Positions 13,180-25,061 of a stretch of 64,000 nt of DNA are shown piece by piece. The translations under genes and the position numbers were made by a program. Origin of the DNA: Mobula hypostoma (taxonomy: Eukaryota); the NCBI RefSeq assembly GCF_963921235.1, contig NC_086097.1, forward strand, positions 164,860,001 to 164,924,000. The letters are read 5' to 3'. Every line of letters starts with the position of its first letter. The stretch's first letter is position 1. Below the pieces are notes generated by a model. That model saw only the letters and a list, made by a program, of their open reading frames with translations, did not search any database and was not told the origin of the DNA.

Positions 13180-14365
13180 GCATTGTAGAAGTGTCCCAGT
13201 GATAGAGTGGGAAGGCTTTGGCTTAACAGGCACCGGCGAGGACAGGATGAGGTACAGATAGGAAGAGGTAAGACTATATTTTAGTACGGAGTAATCAGGA
13301 TGGAGTGCTCCTCCTGACAGATGTGGGGATTCAGGATATCAGGCAGTTTCCTTGATTACTACATCTCCAGGAAGTTCACCCAACTTCCACTCATGACTGA
13401 CCAGGTCAAGGAGTTGGAGCTGGAAGTAGTTGTACTCGGGGAGGCTGAAGACATTATAGCTGAGACTTTTGAAGAGGTGGTCACACCCAGAGTACTGGTT
13501 TTGGACAGTAGGTGGGTGACGACCAGGAGAGGCAAGGGGATTAAGAAGCCAGTTCAGGGTTCCCCTGTGGCCATTCCCCTCAACAACAAGTTTACCTTGT
13601 TGGACACTGCTGGGGCGAGGGGGGTGGGGTGGGATGAACCATCAGATCACAGCAGCAGCAGCCAGGTGGGTGGCACTGTGACTGGCTCTGAGGCTCAGCA
13701 GGAAAGGGTAAAGTTAGACAATGCAGGAGGCACCAGGAAGGTGTGTTGGCATCCAGGTGCTGGGGTCCAGGATATCAGGATATATTGGAGTAGCTGCAGG
13801 ATATTCTCAAGCGGGGGGAAGAGGGTGAATAGCCAGAGGTCATAGAGTATATTGGCACCAATGACATAGACAGAAAAGGGGAAGAGGTCCTACAAAGTGA
13901 GTAAATAGAGTTAGGAAAGAAGCTGAAGAGAAGTTCCCGCAAGGTAGTAATCTCCAGATAATTCCCGGTGCCATAGGCTACTGCAGGTAGGAATGGGATG
14001 ATAGACGGATGAATGAGTGGCTGCGGAGAGAGTGCAGAGGACTGGGTTTCTTGGATTATTGGAACCTTTTCTAAGGAAGGAGTGACCTGTACAACAGAGA
14101 TGGGTTGCACCTGAACTGGAGGGAAACCAATATCCAGGCCACGAGGTTTTCTGATGCTACTCTGGAAGGTTTAAACTAGTGTTGCAGGAGGCTGGGAATC
14201 ACAGTCCCAGGTCATTAAGTGAAGGATCAGACAGGAAGGTAGCTGTCAGGGAAAGTATTGAAAGGCAAACTAAAATAACAGGTATGACGGGTCAGATAGT
14301 TTGAAGTGTGTATGTTTTAATGCTTGGAGTATTATGGGTAAGGGTGATGAACTTAGAGCATAGAT
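13180..14365 (+). mobile_element. CR1 5' region: decayed ORF1 (zinc finger/leucine zipper + SGNH esterase) and ORF2 start
   Basis: QVKELELE, WVTTRRG, GSPVAIPLNNKFTLLD, VCWHPGA, IGTNDI, DGLHLNW, then LKCVCFNAWSIMGKGDELRA. Confidence 0.8.
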
Positions 14366-16172
14366 CTAAATGTGGAGGGATATGGACATTGTGTAGGTAG
14401 GAGGGATTCACGTTTAGGGGTTTTTGATTTGTTTTTGATTTACCTTTTAGCTAGTTTGGCAGAGCAGTGGGCAGAAGGGCCTGTTCCTGTGCTGTGCTGT
14501 ACCGTTCTATGTTCAAATGAGGCTAGGCAGAAAGACAGGTCGGCATGAACTAGATGGGCTGCAAGGCCTGTTTCTGTGCTGCAGTGCTCTATAATAGCAC
14601 AGAAATAGGGAGATGACCAATGTTTAAAGATAGGGATTAGGAACAAAAACAACTTGTTTCAAGGAGCACAGTGCTGATGGAGGAGAAAGATTTAATATTC
14701 TATAGGACAGTGCAGTCTTGGATGATTGAAGTTGGGGAGGAATTGGATTCTGGACAGCAGAGCACTGAAGTGGTTGGGTTTGGAGCTGCCAAAGGGTTTT
14801 AGCAACAAAAGGCTGAGATGAGCAACAGAGAGGCAAACGTAAGTAGCTCAGAAACAGTGAAGCTGCAGGCAGTTTGGTCAGCCTCTGGCAGTGGTGTGGG
14901 CTGGGGACTGCCTCAATATGGTCATGAATGGAGTTTGTAGAATGTCAGGATTCAGCGAATGGAGGAAATGCTGTTTCTTCCAATACTGCATTTGAAATAA
15001 ACAATGTGAAAGGGGTCAGGGGAAATGGCACTGACTTGGAGCTCAGTGTTATCAGCGTGCATGGAGACTTGATGAATTTTCACATGAAATCAGCAATTGG
15101 CAGCAAATAGAAACAAAATTAAAAGGGGAATTTTTTAGCTTCTTCTGAGATTCTGAGGACAATAGTGTGGGAATGGGAAATGATCTATTGTAGAAAATTC
15201 TCTGAAATTAACTAAGCTATCTCATACAGCTGAGGAAAGCTTTTGGAGGAGGACTGAGTGATTGGGTTATGCCTTTAGTAGTAAAAATGTTAGGCAGTAC
15301 ATTCACAGATATGAAGGACCATGACAAGGCCCACTCCCGTGTTGTGGAAGGAGTCGAAACCTAATGGTCAGGTTTAAAAGTGCAGTTGTGAAGAAAGCGG
15401 AAATGAATGGGAAGAGGCAGGAGAAGGTAGAGTTAAGAGGCTACTAGAAGTAGCCATAACAAATGAGTACATTGGTGTAAATGGTTTCTGTTTCACTGGT
15501 GTCTCCTAAAATGATCAAATGTAGATTCCTGTGCACAGCTCAGAAATTCATAATGTAAGAGGACTTTTGAGGCAGGGATGGTTTGCAAGGTTCAAGAGCG
15601 GACATTTTGTAAAGGAGATATGGTAACAGGGGGTCCCAAAGGGAAGACAACTACAGTAAAGAAAAGGGAAATGTTAATGAGATGGGACAGCGTGATACTG
15701 AGGAAGGGAAGTTGGGAGGTTGATATTTTAACTGAAACAGTGTTGGGAGAAGAGGATGAGTAAGCCTTATCCATTAGACAAATTCAGAGAGGGCTTCAGG
15801 GGAGGTAGAAGGGAAACTAGAGATAGAAGAGAGGAGATGGGTTCCTTCTTGAAGATTACCTCAATGGATGAGGGGAAAAGGAGGTTACTAAGATGGAGCA
15901 AACCCTAAATGAAGTCTTCCCTGTTACACATGTTAAAACAATGAGCTGACAAATACAGCCATGTTATATTTATGTTAGATCTAGCTTTTCACTGGGCTAG
16001 GGTCTTTTTTCCACAGTTTCTGAGCAATTCACATTTTTTTCTTTACAAAGAGTACCAAATACAGTGGATTCCAGTTAATTGAGACTCACAAGGACCAGTG
16101 CATTTTGGCCCAATTAGCCAATGTTTCATGGGAATAGTTAAAAAAAGACAAACTACCATTTAAACAAGGCAA

Positions 16173-17180
16173 TAAAACCATAAGATATAGGAGCAGAAGT
16201 AGGCCATTCAGCCATCGAGTCTGCTCCACCATTCGATCATGGGCTGATCCAATTTTTCCAGTCATCCCCACTCCCCTGCCTTCTCCCCATACTCTTTGAT
16301 GCCCTGGCTAATCAAGAACATATCTATCTCTGCTTTAAATGACTTGGCCTCCATGGCCGCTCGTGGCAACAAATTCCACAGATTTACCACCCTCTGACTA
16401 AAGTAATTTCTCCGCATCTCTGTTCTAAACGGCCGTCCTTCAACCCTGAATTCGTGCCCTCTTGTCCTAGACTCCCCTACCATGGGGAATAACTTTGCCA
16501 TATCTAACCTGTTCAGGTTTTTTAACATTTGGAATGTTTCTATGAAATCTCCCCTCATTCTCCTGAACTCCAGGGAATACAGCCCAAGAGCTGCCAGATG
16601 TTCCTCCATATGGTAACCTTTTAATTCCTGGAATCATTCTCGTGAATCTTCTCTGAACTGTCTCCAACGTCAGTATATCCTTTCTAAAATAAGGAGCCCA
16701 AAACTGCGCACAATACCCCAAGTGTGGTCTCACAAGTGCCTTATAGAGCCTCAACATCACATCCCTGCTCTTATATTCTACACCTCTAGAAATGAACGCC
16801 AACGTTGCATTCGCCTTCTTCACCACTGACTCAGCCTGAAGGTTAACCTTTAGGGTATCGTGCACAAGCACTCCCAAATCCCTTTGCATCTCTGCATTTT
16901 GAATTCTCTCCCCTTCTAAATAAGTCTGCCCGTTTATTTCTTCCCCCAAACTGCATGACCATACACTTTCCAACATTGTATTTCATTTGCCACTTCTTTG
17001 CCCATTCCCCTAAAGTATCTAAGTCTCTCTGCAGACTCTCTGATTCCTCAACACTACCCACTCCTCCACCTATCTTTGTATCATTGGCAAATTTTGCCAC
17101 AAATCCATTAATCCCATAGTCCAAATCATTGACATACATCATAAAAAGCAGTGGTCCCAACACCGATCCCTGTGGAACTC
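16173..17180 (-). mobile_element. CR1 3' fragment (same subfamily as 7114-9961)
   Basis: RT C-terminal ORFs LGPLLFMMYVNDLD, KFANDTK, LYKALVRPHL, FSQRVVNLWN; matching 3'UTR. Confidence 0.92.
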
Positions 17181-17279
17181 AGTAAATAAGAGAAAATAAA
17201 TAAGTAAATAAGGATTAAGTAAAAGTTATGTAATTAAATGAATTACAGAATAAATTAGAATACTGTCAATATGACTACA

Positions 17280-18544
17280 TGTAACACCCTGGTTAAAATT
17301 TTGGTTTATTATTGACACATGTATCAAGACACAGTGAAAAGCTTGTTTTGTATACTATTTATACAGATCAAATCATTACACAGTGCATTAAGAAAGAATA
17401 ATGTAAAACAATAACAATGCAGAATGAAGTGTAAAAGCTACTTAAAAGTGCAGTGCAGGTAAACAATAAAGTACAATATCATAACAAGATAGATTTGAGG
17501 CCCATTCAAGATTCTGGTAAAAGTGGGATAGAAGCTGTCCTTGAGCTGACCTCTGTAACATCCTCCAGCTCTGCAGCCTCTAACTCCTTTAACTCTGACC
17601 TTCTGTACATTCAGTTGCCATTACCTCAATGATAGTGAAGATCAACTGGCTGGTTTGCTCACCGATACCTTTAACCACTCGCTTCAGCAGTCTGAGGTAC
17701 CCATCTGCTTCAGGCAGATGTAACGCCCTGGTTAAGATTTTTACTGCAATGCTGTAGGTATTTCATTTTAGCAGTTCCGTAAGAGCAGTCTGTTCTGCTT
17801 TCAGCATGTTTGATTTTGAGCTAAAGGTAAGGGGCTATACTGTTCAACTTAGGAATGTTGTGTCAGCCAATCAGGATGGTGGAATTGGGAGAAGTTTTGA
17901 GAGAACACTGGGTGGAGAGGTTTTCATGATGGACACCGGTGTGGGTCGAGGTCTTTTTGTCAGGAGCTGGGAGAAGACAGGAGGGAAGATGGCTGAGGAT
18001 ATCATCCCCGTTGCACAAGGCGCTTTGTGCAGATGAATGGCTTCAAGGAGGAAGGACCAATAATCCCGTGGGGGAGCCCATTTGTTCAAGATGGATTTCA
18101 AGCGCTATTCGGAAGGTTTCACACACACTGTGGGTCCAGCACGTGAGCTAAAGACAACTTCAAGATGAGCTCCAATGTATGTGCACATTTGGACTGGGTT
18201 AACTGTAATGGGCCCTTTTTATTTTTCCTTTTCTTTTTCCTACTAACTGTTCGATAAAGCTGACATTTGAAAATATGCTTTCTTTATAATTGTATGCAGT
18301 GTACAATCTGTTTTCTCTTGCCAACAGCCAATTGCATGGGGGTGGTATTTACACAGTATTTGCATAGATTGGGGTTTGGGTGGTCGAGACTTCCCAATTT
18401 CCCCGTTTTGATGGGACCAAGTTATACCAACTCTAGATGAAAGGAGTTTAAGAAAGGGTGAATTTCTTACTCCTGAGTGCAGTGGCTGCAGGCAAGGAGC
18501 TAACAAGCCACATCTCTAGAGACGCCCAGTAAAGAAGGGTTTCA
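17280..18544 (+). mobile_element. Solo LTR (full copy 17719-18544) with duplicated first ~22 bp at 17280 and a captured ~420-bp insert between them
   Basis: TGTAAC...GGGTTTCA termini; outer flanks TACA (17276-17279) and TATA (18545-18548); homologous to 10036-12040 in opposite orientation. Confidence 0.8.
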
Positions 18545-18554
18545 TATAATGCTA

Positions 18555-20849
18555 GCAACACACATCAAAGTTGCTGGTGAACGCAGCAGGCCAGGCAGCA
18601 TCTGTAGGAAGAGGTGCAGTCAACGTTTCAGGCCGAGACCCTTCGTCAGGACTAACTGAAGGAAGAGTGAGTAAGGGATTTGAAAGTTGGAGGGGGAGGG
18701 GGAGATCCAAAATGATAGGAGAAGACAGGAGGGGGAGGAATAGAGCCAAGAGCTGGACAGGTGATAGGCAAAAGGGGATACGAGAGCATCATGGGACAGG
18801 AGGTCCGGGAAGAAAGACAAGGGTGGGAGACCCAGAGGATGGGCAAGAGGTATATTCAGAGGGACAGAGGGAGAAAAAGGAGAGTGAGAGAAAGAATGTG
18901 TGCATAAAAATAAGTAACAGATGGGGTACGAGGGGGAGGTGGGGCCAAGCGGAAGTTAGAGAAGTCAATGTTCATGCCATCAGGTTGGAGGCTACCCAGA
19001 CGGAATATAAGGTGTTGTTCCTCCAGCCTGAGTGTGGCTTCATCTTTACAGTAGAGGAGGCCGTGGATAGACATGTCAGAATGGGAATGGGATGTGGAAT
19101 TAAAATGTGTGGCCACTGGGAGATCCTGCTTTCTCTGGCGGACAGAGCGTAGATGTTCAGCAAAGCGGTCTCTCAGTCTGCGTCGGGTCTCGCCAATATA
19201 TAAAAGGCCACATCGGGAGCACCGGACGCAGTATGTCACTCCAGTTGACTCACAGGTGAAGTGTTGCCTCACCCGGAAGGACTGTTTGGGGCCCTGAATG
19301 GTGGTAAGGGAGGAAGTGTAAGGGCATGTGTAGCACTTGTTCCGCTTACACGGATAAGTGCCAGGAGGGAGATCAGTGGGGAGGGATGGGAGGGACAAAT
19401 GGACAAGGGAGTTGTGTAGGGAGCGATCCCTGCGGAATGCAGAGAGAGGGGGGGAAGGAAAGATGTGCTTAGTGGTGGGATCCTGTTGGAGGTGGCGGAA
19501 GTTACGGAGAATAATATGTTGGACCCGGAGGCTGGTGGGGTGGTAGGTGAGGACCAGGGGAACCCTATTCCTAGTGGGGTGGCGGGAGGATGGAGTGAGA
19601 GCAGCTGTACGTGAAATGGGGGAGATGCATTTAAGAGCAGAGTTGATAGTGGAGGAAGGGAAGCCCCTTTCTTTAAAAAAGGAAGACATCTCCCTCGTCC
19701 TAGAATGAAAAGCCTCATCCTGAGAGCAGATGCGGCGGAGACGGAGGAATTGCGAGAAGGGGATGGCGTTTTTGCAAGAGACAGGGTGAGAAGAGGAATA
19801 GTCCAGATAGCTGTGAGAGTCAGTAGGCTTATAGTAGACATCAGTGGATAAGCTGTCTCCAGAGACAGAGACAGAAAGATCTAGAAAGGGGAGGGAGGTG
19901 TCGGAAATGGACCAGGTAAACTTGAGGGCAGGGTGAAAGTTGGAGGCAAAGTTAATAAAGTCAACGAGTTCTGCATGCGTGCAGGAAGCAGCGCCAATGC
20001 AGTTGTCGATGTAGCGAAGGAAAAGTGGGGGACAGATACCAGAATAGGCACGGAACCAGATTGTTCCACAAACCCAACAAAAAGGCAGGCATAGCTAGGA
20101 CCCATATGGGTGCCCATAGCTACACCTTTAGTTTGGAGGAAATGGGAGGAGCCAAAGGAGAAATTATTAAGAGTAAGGACTAATTCCGCTAGACGGAGCA
20201 GAGTGGTGGTAGAGGGGAACTGATTAGGTCTGGAATCCAAAAAGAAGCGTAGAGCTTTGAGACCTTCCTGATGGGGGATGGAAGTATATAAGGACTGGAC
20301 ATCCATGGTGAAAATAAAGCGGTGTGGGCCAGGGAACTTAAAATCATCAAAAAGTTTAAGAGCGTGAGAAGTGTCACGAACATAGGTCGGAAGGGATTGA
20401 ACAAGGGGTGATAAAACAGTGTCGAGGTATGCAGAAATGAGTTCGGTGGGGCAGGAGCAAGCTGAGACAATAGGTCGGCCAGGACAGGCAGGTTTGTGGA
20501 TCTTGAGTAGGAGGTAGAAACGGGAAGTGCGAGGTGTGGGAACTATAAAGTTGGTAGCAGTGGATGGGAGATCCCCTGAGCGGATAAAGTCGGTGATGGT
20601 GTGGGAGACAATGGCCTGGTGCTCCTTAGTGGGGTCACAACCGAGGGGTAAATAAGAGGAGGTATCCGCGAGTTGTCACTGTGCCTTGGCAAGGTAGAGG
20701 TCAGTACGCCAGACTACAACAGCACCCCCCTTATCGGCGGGTTTAATAATAAGATTAGGATTAGTGCGGAGGGAGTGGAGAGCAGAGCGTTCCGAAGGAG
20801 TGAGGTTGGAATGGGGACAAGGTGCCGTAAAGTCGAGACGGTTGATGTA
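18555..20849 (-). mobile_element. Penelope-like element (RT + GIY-YIG endonuclease), 5'-truncated, probably inactive
   Basis: MDVQSLYTSIPH, GVAMGTHMGPSYACLF, YIDN in place of YIDD (20002-20013), VYYKPTDSHSYL; GIY-YIG GVTYCVRCSRCGLLYIGETRRRLRDRFAEH; frameshift near 20058; 11-bp TSD ATATAATGCTA at 18544-18554 and 20850-20860. Confidence 0.93.
18617..18654 (-). ncRNA. Minimal type I hammerhead ribozyme motif in the Penelope 3' pLTR
   Basis: Reverse complement TAGTC-CTGACGA-AGGGTCTCGGCCT-GAAA-CG-TT-GACTG: intact CUGANGA and GAAA core, stem I AGUC/GACU, GUU triplet, palindromic ACGU stem III. Confidence 0.7.
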
Positions 20850-22428
20850 ATATAATGCTATTAGTTCCTAATCATTCTCGATGGAGGAAGACATCCAGTG
20901 TATGCTGCGTATCCCTTTGACCGACTGAATGAACAAAATCAGCACAGACAACTTGTGCAGATTATGAACTATTTTCATAAAATGCTTTCAACAATTGTAT
21001 TTTCCAAATTTTCATTTTCTTTGTAACATTCAAAATGATTGTCAATATCATAGATTCTCTATAGTTTCAAATTTGTTGAAGCAATGAAATTGTTTCATTT
21101 TCATTCCCGATCATTTCTGGTACCTCCAAGCCCTGAATGCTTGAAACTGCAGAGAGCAAAACAATTGTGAGTTGTCTTACTGCTTATATCTCACCAACTC
21201 AGTGACAAAAATCACTGCTTTGGGAACACAAACACACACAACTGATGCTATTTACAAATGGTTCACTCCAAGCATGGTGCAGTGTCTATTGGTCACACAA
21301 GTGCACGTAGCTGATGATAGTTAGACTGTTCATCAACAGTCTTCTATCACAATCAAGTAGCACAGTGTCTGCAGTAAAAGAAGGGAATCCCAGCAATTTT
21401 CTCAATTAGTTTTTGTTATTTAGGAGTTGTCCAAAAAAACAGCTGCTCTAAGCAAGCAATGGCCCGATTAACCGTATTGACACATAGCCTGCAGAAGTCA
21501 AGACTAATATTTCACTCACAGTAGAGAATCATATCCCACTGCAACCAGCCTTCAAGTGTACAGCTGTGAACCAACAGCCCAGAGAAAGCCACTCACACTC
21601 ATTGGGATCTGTGGCTCTCTAGCCTACAAAGACTCTACTCAAATATTACTACTAAACAATTCAACAAGTTGATGTCTGTTGCAGCTGTTGCAAGAACAGT
21701 TCATTAGTGTTCAGCCCACAAATCCCAGATTCCTTTTTACTGAGAACTAAAAGCTGAAACCTCCATTATGCCTGGCTTTCACTCTTGGAACTGCATTCCA
21801 CCACATTCTGCACTTCTTACCTACATTAACCCCGAACAGAAAAATGTTAAGTTATTTTACTCTTTTTTTTTAAGGAATTCAACCACATCTAAGTGTTTGG
21901 ACAGAAATGGAAGAATATTCCATTGTTATGGCTTAAGGACAGCTTCTACCCTTAAGACTATTAAATAGTTCCCTGGAACACTACGATGTACCTCATTGTG
22001 AGCTTGCAACTCACTGTTTACCTGCACTGCAATTTATTTGCAGCTGTTACACTCTATTCTGCATCAATTACCTCGTACTACCTCAATGCACTGTGTAATG
22101 AATTGATCTGTATGTGACAGTAATAAACCAATCAGCTTCCCTACACCAACAAATTGCAGAGAATGAAGAAAGCAAAGCATGGGCAATAATCAAACAATCT
22201 TTCCGCAAGTGCCAATGCCCGTACCAGGAGAGATCCACATCACGTAAAACCTATAAGACCATAAGACACAGGAGCAGAATTAGTCCATTCAGCCCATTGA
22301 GACCCTCCACTATTCCATCATGGCCAATTTGTTAGTTCTCTCAATCCCATTCTCCTGCCTTCTCCACAAAATCTTTGACACCCTTACTAATCAAGAACCT
22401 ATCAACCTCTGCTTTAAATAAACCCTCA

Positions 22429-23090
22429 TAGAAACATAGAAAATAGGTGCAGGAGTAGGCCATTCGGCCCTTTGAGCCTGCAGCGCCATTCAGTATGATC
22501 ATGGTTGATCATCCAACTCAGAACCCTGTATCTGACTTCTCTCCATAACCTCTGATCCCTTTAGCCACAAGGGCCATATCTAACTCCTTGAATACAGCCA
22601 ATGAACTGGCCTCAACTGTTTCCTGTGGCAGAGAATTCCACAGATTCACCACTCTCTGTGTGAAGAAGTTTTTCCTCATCTCGGTCCTAAAAGGCTTTCC
22701 CTTTATCCTTAAACTGTGACCCCTTGTTCTGCACTTCCCCGATATTGGGAACAATCTTCCTGCATCTAGCCTGTCCAATCCCTTTAGAATTTTATACGTT
22801 TCAATAAGATCCCCCCTCAATCTTTTAAATTCCAGCGAGTATAAGCCTAGTCGATCCAGTCTTTCACCATATGAATGTCCTGCCATCCCAGGAATCAATC
22901 TGGTGAACCTTCTTTGTACTCCCTCGATGGCAAGAATGTCTTTCCTCAGATTAGGGGACCAAAACTGCACACAATACTCCAGGTGTGGTCTCACCAAGGC
23001 CTTGTACAACTGCAGTAGAACCTCCCTGCTCCAGTACTCGAATCCTCTTCCTATGAATGCCAGCATACCATTCGCCTTTTTCACCGCCTG
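22429..23090 (-). mobile_element. Young CR1 3' fragment (same subfamily as 37556-39790), inserted in an older CR1 tail starting near 22250
   Basis: 188-aa ORF nearly identical to the C-terminus of the 697-aa ORF; 10-bp TSD TAAACCCTCA at 22419-22428 and 23095-23104. Confidence 0.92.
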
Positions 23091-23139
23091 GTTTTAAACC
23101 CTCAGCCATCTATGGCAATGAATTCCACAGATAGACCAC

Positions 23140-24300
23140 CCACTGGCTATGACCACCTTTACTGCCATGATGAGGCCACTCTCAAGCTGGAGGAGCAACA
23201 CTTCATATTCCGTCTGGATAGCCTCCTACCTGATGGCATGAATATCAATTTCTCCATCTTCGGTAATAAGGACATAAGAAATAGGAGCAGGAGTCGGCCA
23301 TCTGGCCCATCAAGCCTGCTCCGCCATTCAATAAAGTCACGGCTGATCTGGTCGTGGACTCATCTCCACCTACCTGCTTTTTTTCCATAACCTTTAATAC
23401 CCCTACTATGCGAAAATCTATCCAATCTTCTCTTAAATATATTTACTGAGGTAGTCTCCACTGCTTCATTGGGCATAGAATTCCACAGATTCATCACTCT
23501 CTGGGAAAAGCAGTTCCTCCTCATCTCTGTCCTAAATCTACTCCCCTGAACCTTGAGGTTATGTCCCCTAGTTCTAGTCTCAGCTATCAGTGGAAACAAC
23601 TTCCCTGCCTCTATCCCTTTCATAATTTTATGTTTCTATAAGATCTCCTCTCATTCTTCTGAATTCCAGCAAGTACAGTCCCAGGCAACTCAATCTCTCC
23701 TCATAATCTAACCCCCTCATCTTTGGAATCAACCTGGTGAACCTCCTCTGCACTGCCTCCAAAGCCACTATATCATTCCTCAAGTAAGGAGACCAGAAGT
23801 GCAGACAGTACTCCAGGTGCAGCCTCACCAGTACACTGTACAGTTGCAGCATAACCTCCCTGCTCTTAAATACAATCCCTCTAGCAATGAAGGCCAACAT
23901 TCCATTTTCATTGATTCCCCGCTTCTCTTCCCTCTTCTTGAATTCCCCACTCTAACCCCCCTCTTACTTGCCTAACTCCTTCCCCAGATGCCCCTCATTC
24001 TTCCCCCTCTCCCATGGTCCAGTCTCCTTTCCTATCAGATTCCTTCCTCTCCAGCCCTTTACCCTTTCCACCTATCAACCAGCTTCTTACTTCATCCTCC
24101 TGCCCCCCACACACCTGGCTTCACCTATCACCTTCCACCTTGTACTCCTTCCCCTACCCCCACATTTTTACTCTGGCTTTTTCCCTCATCCTTTCCAGTC
24201 CTAATGAAGAATCTCAGCCTGAAACATCAACTATTAAATGATTTCCATCGATGCTGCCTGACCTGTGGAGTTTCTCCAGTATTTGGTGTGTGTTACTCAA
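23140..24300 (+). mobile_element. Old Penelope 3' fragment (GIY-YIG C-terminus, 3'UTR, degenerate hammerhead), split by a CR1
   Basis: LYCHDEATLKLEEQHFIFRLDSLLPDGMNINFS at 23155-23260; pyrimidine-rich UTR from about 23905; CAGTCCTAATGAAGAATCTCAGCCTGAAACATC near 24196. Confidence 0.75.
23266..23905 (-). mobile_element. CR1 3' fragment
   Basis: MLAFIARG...LEFRRMRGDLIET and RTRGHNLK...FSQRVMNLWN ORFs. Confidence 0.9.
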
Positions 24301-24464
24301 GGTCAGCTTCCTTCCCACTGTTAATAGACTCTTCAAAGGACCCTTCATATGCTAAAGCTGAGCTCTTGATCTGGTTCATCATGGTCTTTGCACGTTATTT
24401 ATTTACCTGCACTGCCCTTACTCTGTTGCTGCTACATTATATCCTACATTCTGTTTCCAGTGGT

Positions 24465-24775
24465 AGGGTAGACTAGAACGAAGTAACATAGCCTTAAAAT
24501 TCAGGGCAGTAGATTTGGGATGGAGATGAGGGGGAATTGCTTTACCCAGCGAGCAGTGTATCTGTGGAATTCTCTGCTAAGTTAAGCAATAGAGACTGCC
24601 TCATTAAGTATATTTAAGACACAGTCATATTGATTCTTGCACAGTAGTGGCATTAAGGGTTATGGGGGAAAGGCAGGTAGGTAGAAATGACTGTATGGCC
24701 AGCCATGATCTTATTGAATAGCAGAGCAGGCTCGATGGGCTGGATGGCCTACTCCTGCTCCTATTTCTTATTTTT
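24465..24775 (+). mobile_element. CR1 extreme 3' fragment
   Basis: Decayed FTQRAVYLWNSL segment and CR1 3'UTR GGCCTACTCCTGCTCCTATTTCTTA. Confidence 0.7.
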
Positions 24776-24799
24776 GATCTGTTGCAAAAGCTTATGGTT

Positions 24800-25045
24800 T
24801 CAAATCACAGTCCAGAAGCCTTTGCACAAAAATATAACCTGATGCTTCAGTGTACCACTGAAGTAGTGTGACAGTGTTCAGATGCTATATTTTGAAATAA
24901 AAGATATATCCCCATTTACTAGATAAATGATCCCTTCGAACAATTTAGGAAAAGGTCAGGATTTTTCAGCCCAGGGTCCAACCCAATAATTATTTGCCTG
25001 TCAGCATTTTAAAAAATAAAGTATAAATATAGCTGGTCATTATTG
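24800..25045 (+). mobile_element. Highly decayed Deu-domain SINE (SacSINE1/AmnSINE-like)
   Basis: Partial resemblance to the remembered consensus: CCAGAAGCCTTTGCACAAAA..CTGATGCTTCAGTG..CTGAAG..AAATGATCCC..CTGGTCATTATT. Confidence 0.4.
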
Positions 25046-25061
25046 TAGTGGTAGTTAACAA

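Larger units (their letters stand above)
16062..21483. mobile_element. Probable Tigger/pogo-like DNA transposon remnant hosting nested CR1, LTR and Penelope inserts
   Basis: TA + CAGTGGATTCCAGTTAATTG at left; degenerate inverted end GGCCCGATTAACCGTATTGACAC near 21461-21483; own sequence only about 16062-16170, 17182-17279, 20861-21483. Confidence 0.45.

Noticed and set aside
8960..18544. One large inverted segmental duplication covering both the CR1 pair and the LTR pair
   Set aside because: The order is not mirror-symmetric (the minus CR1 lies inside the copied flank rather than outside the LTR) and the LTRs have different target sites; only 17301-17718 is a true local copy
10036..18544. 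The two LTRs as ends of one provirus
   Set aside because: They are in opposite orientation, have different flanks, and no gag-pol lies between them
18856..19689. GIY-YIG ORF as a host or prokaryotic nuclease gene
   Set aside because: It continues in frame from a Penelope RT and lies inside a TSD-bounded element with a YIDN catalytic lesion
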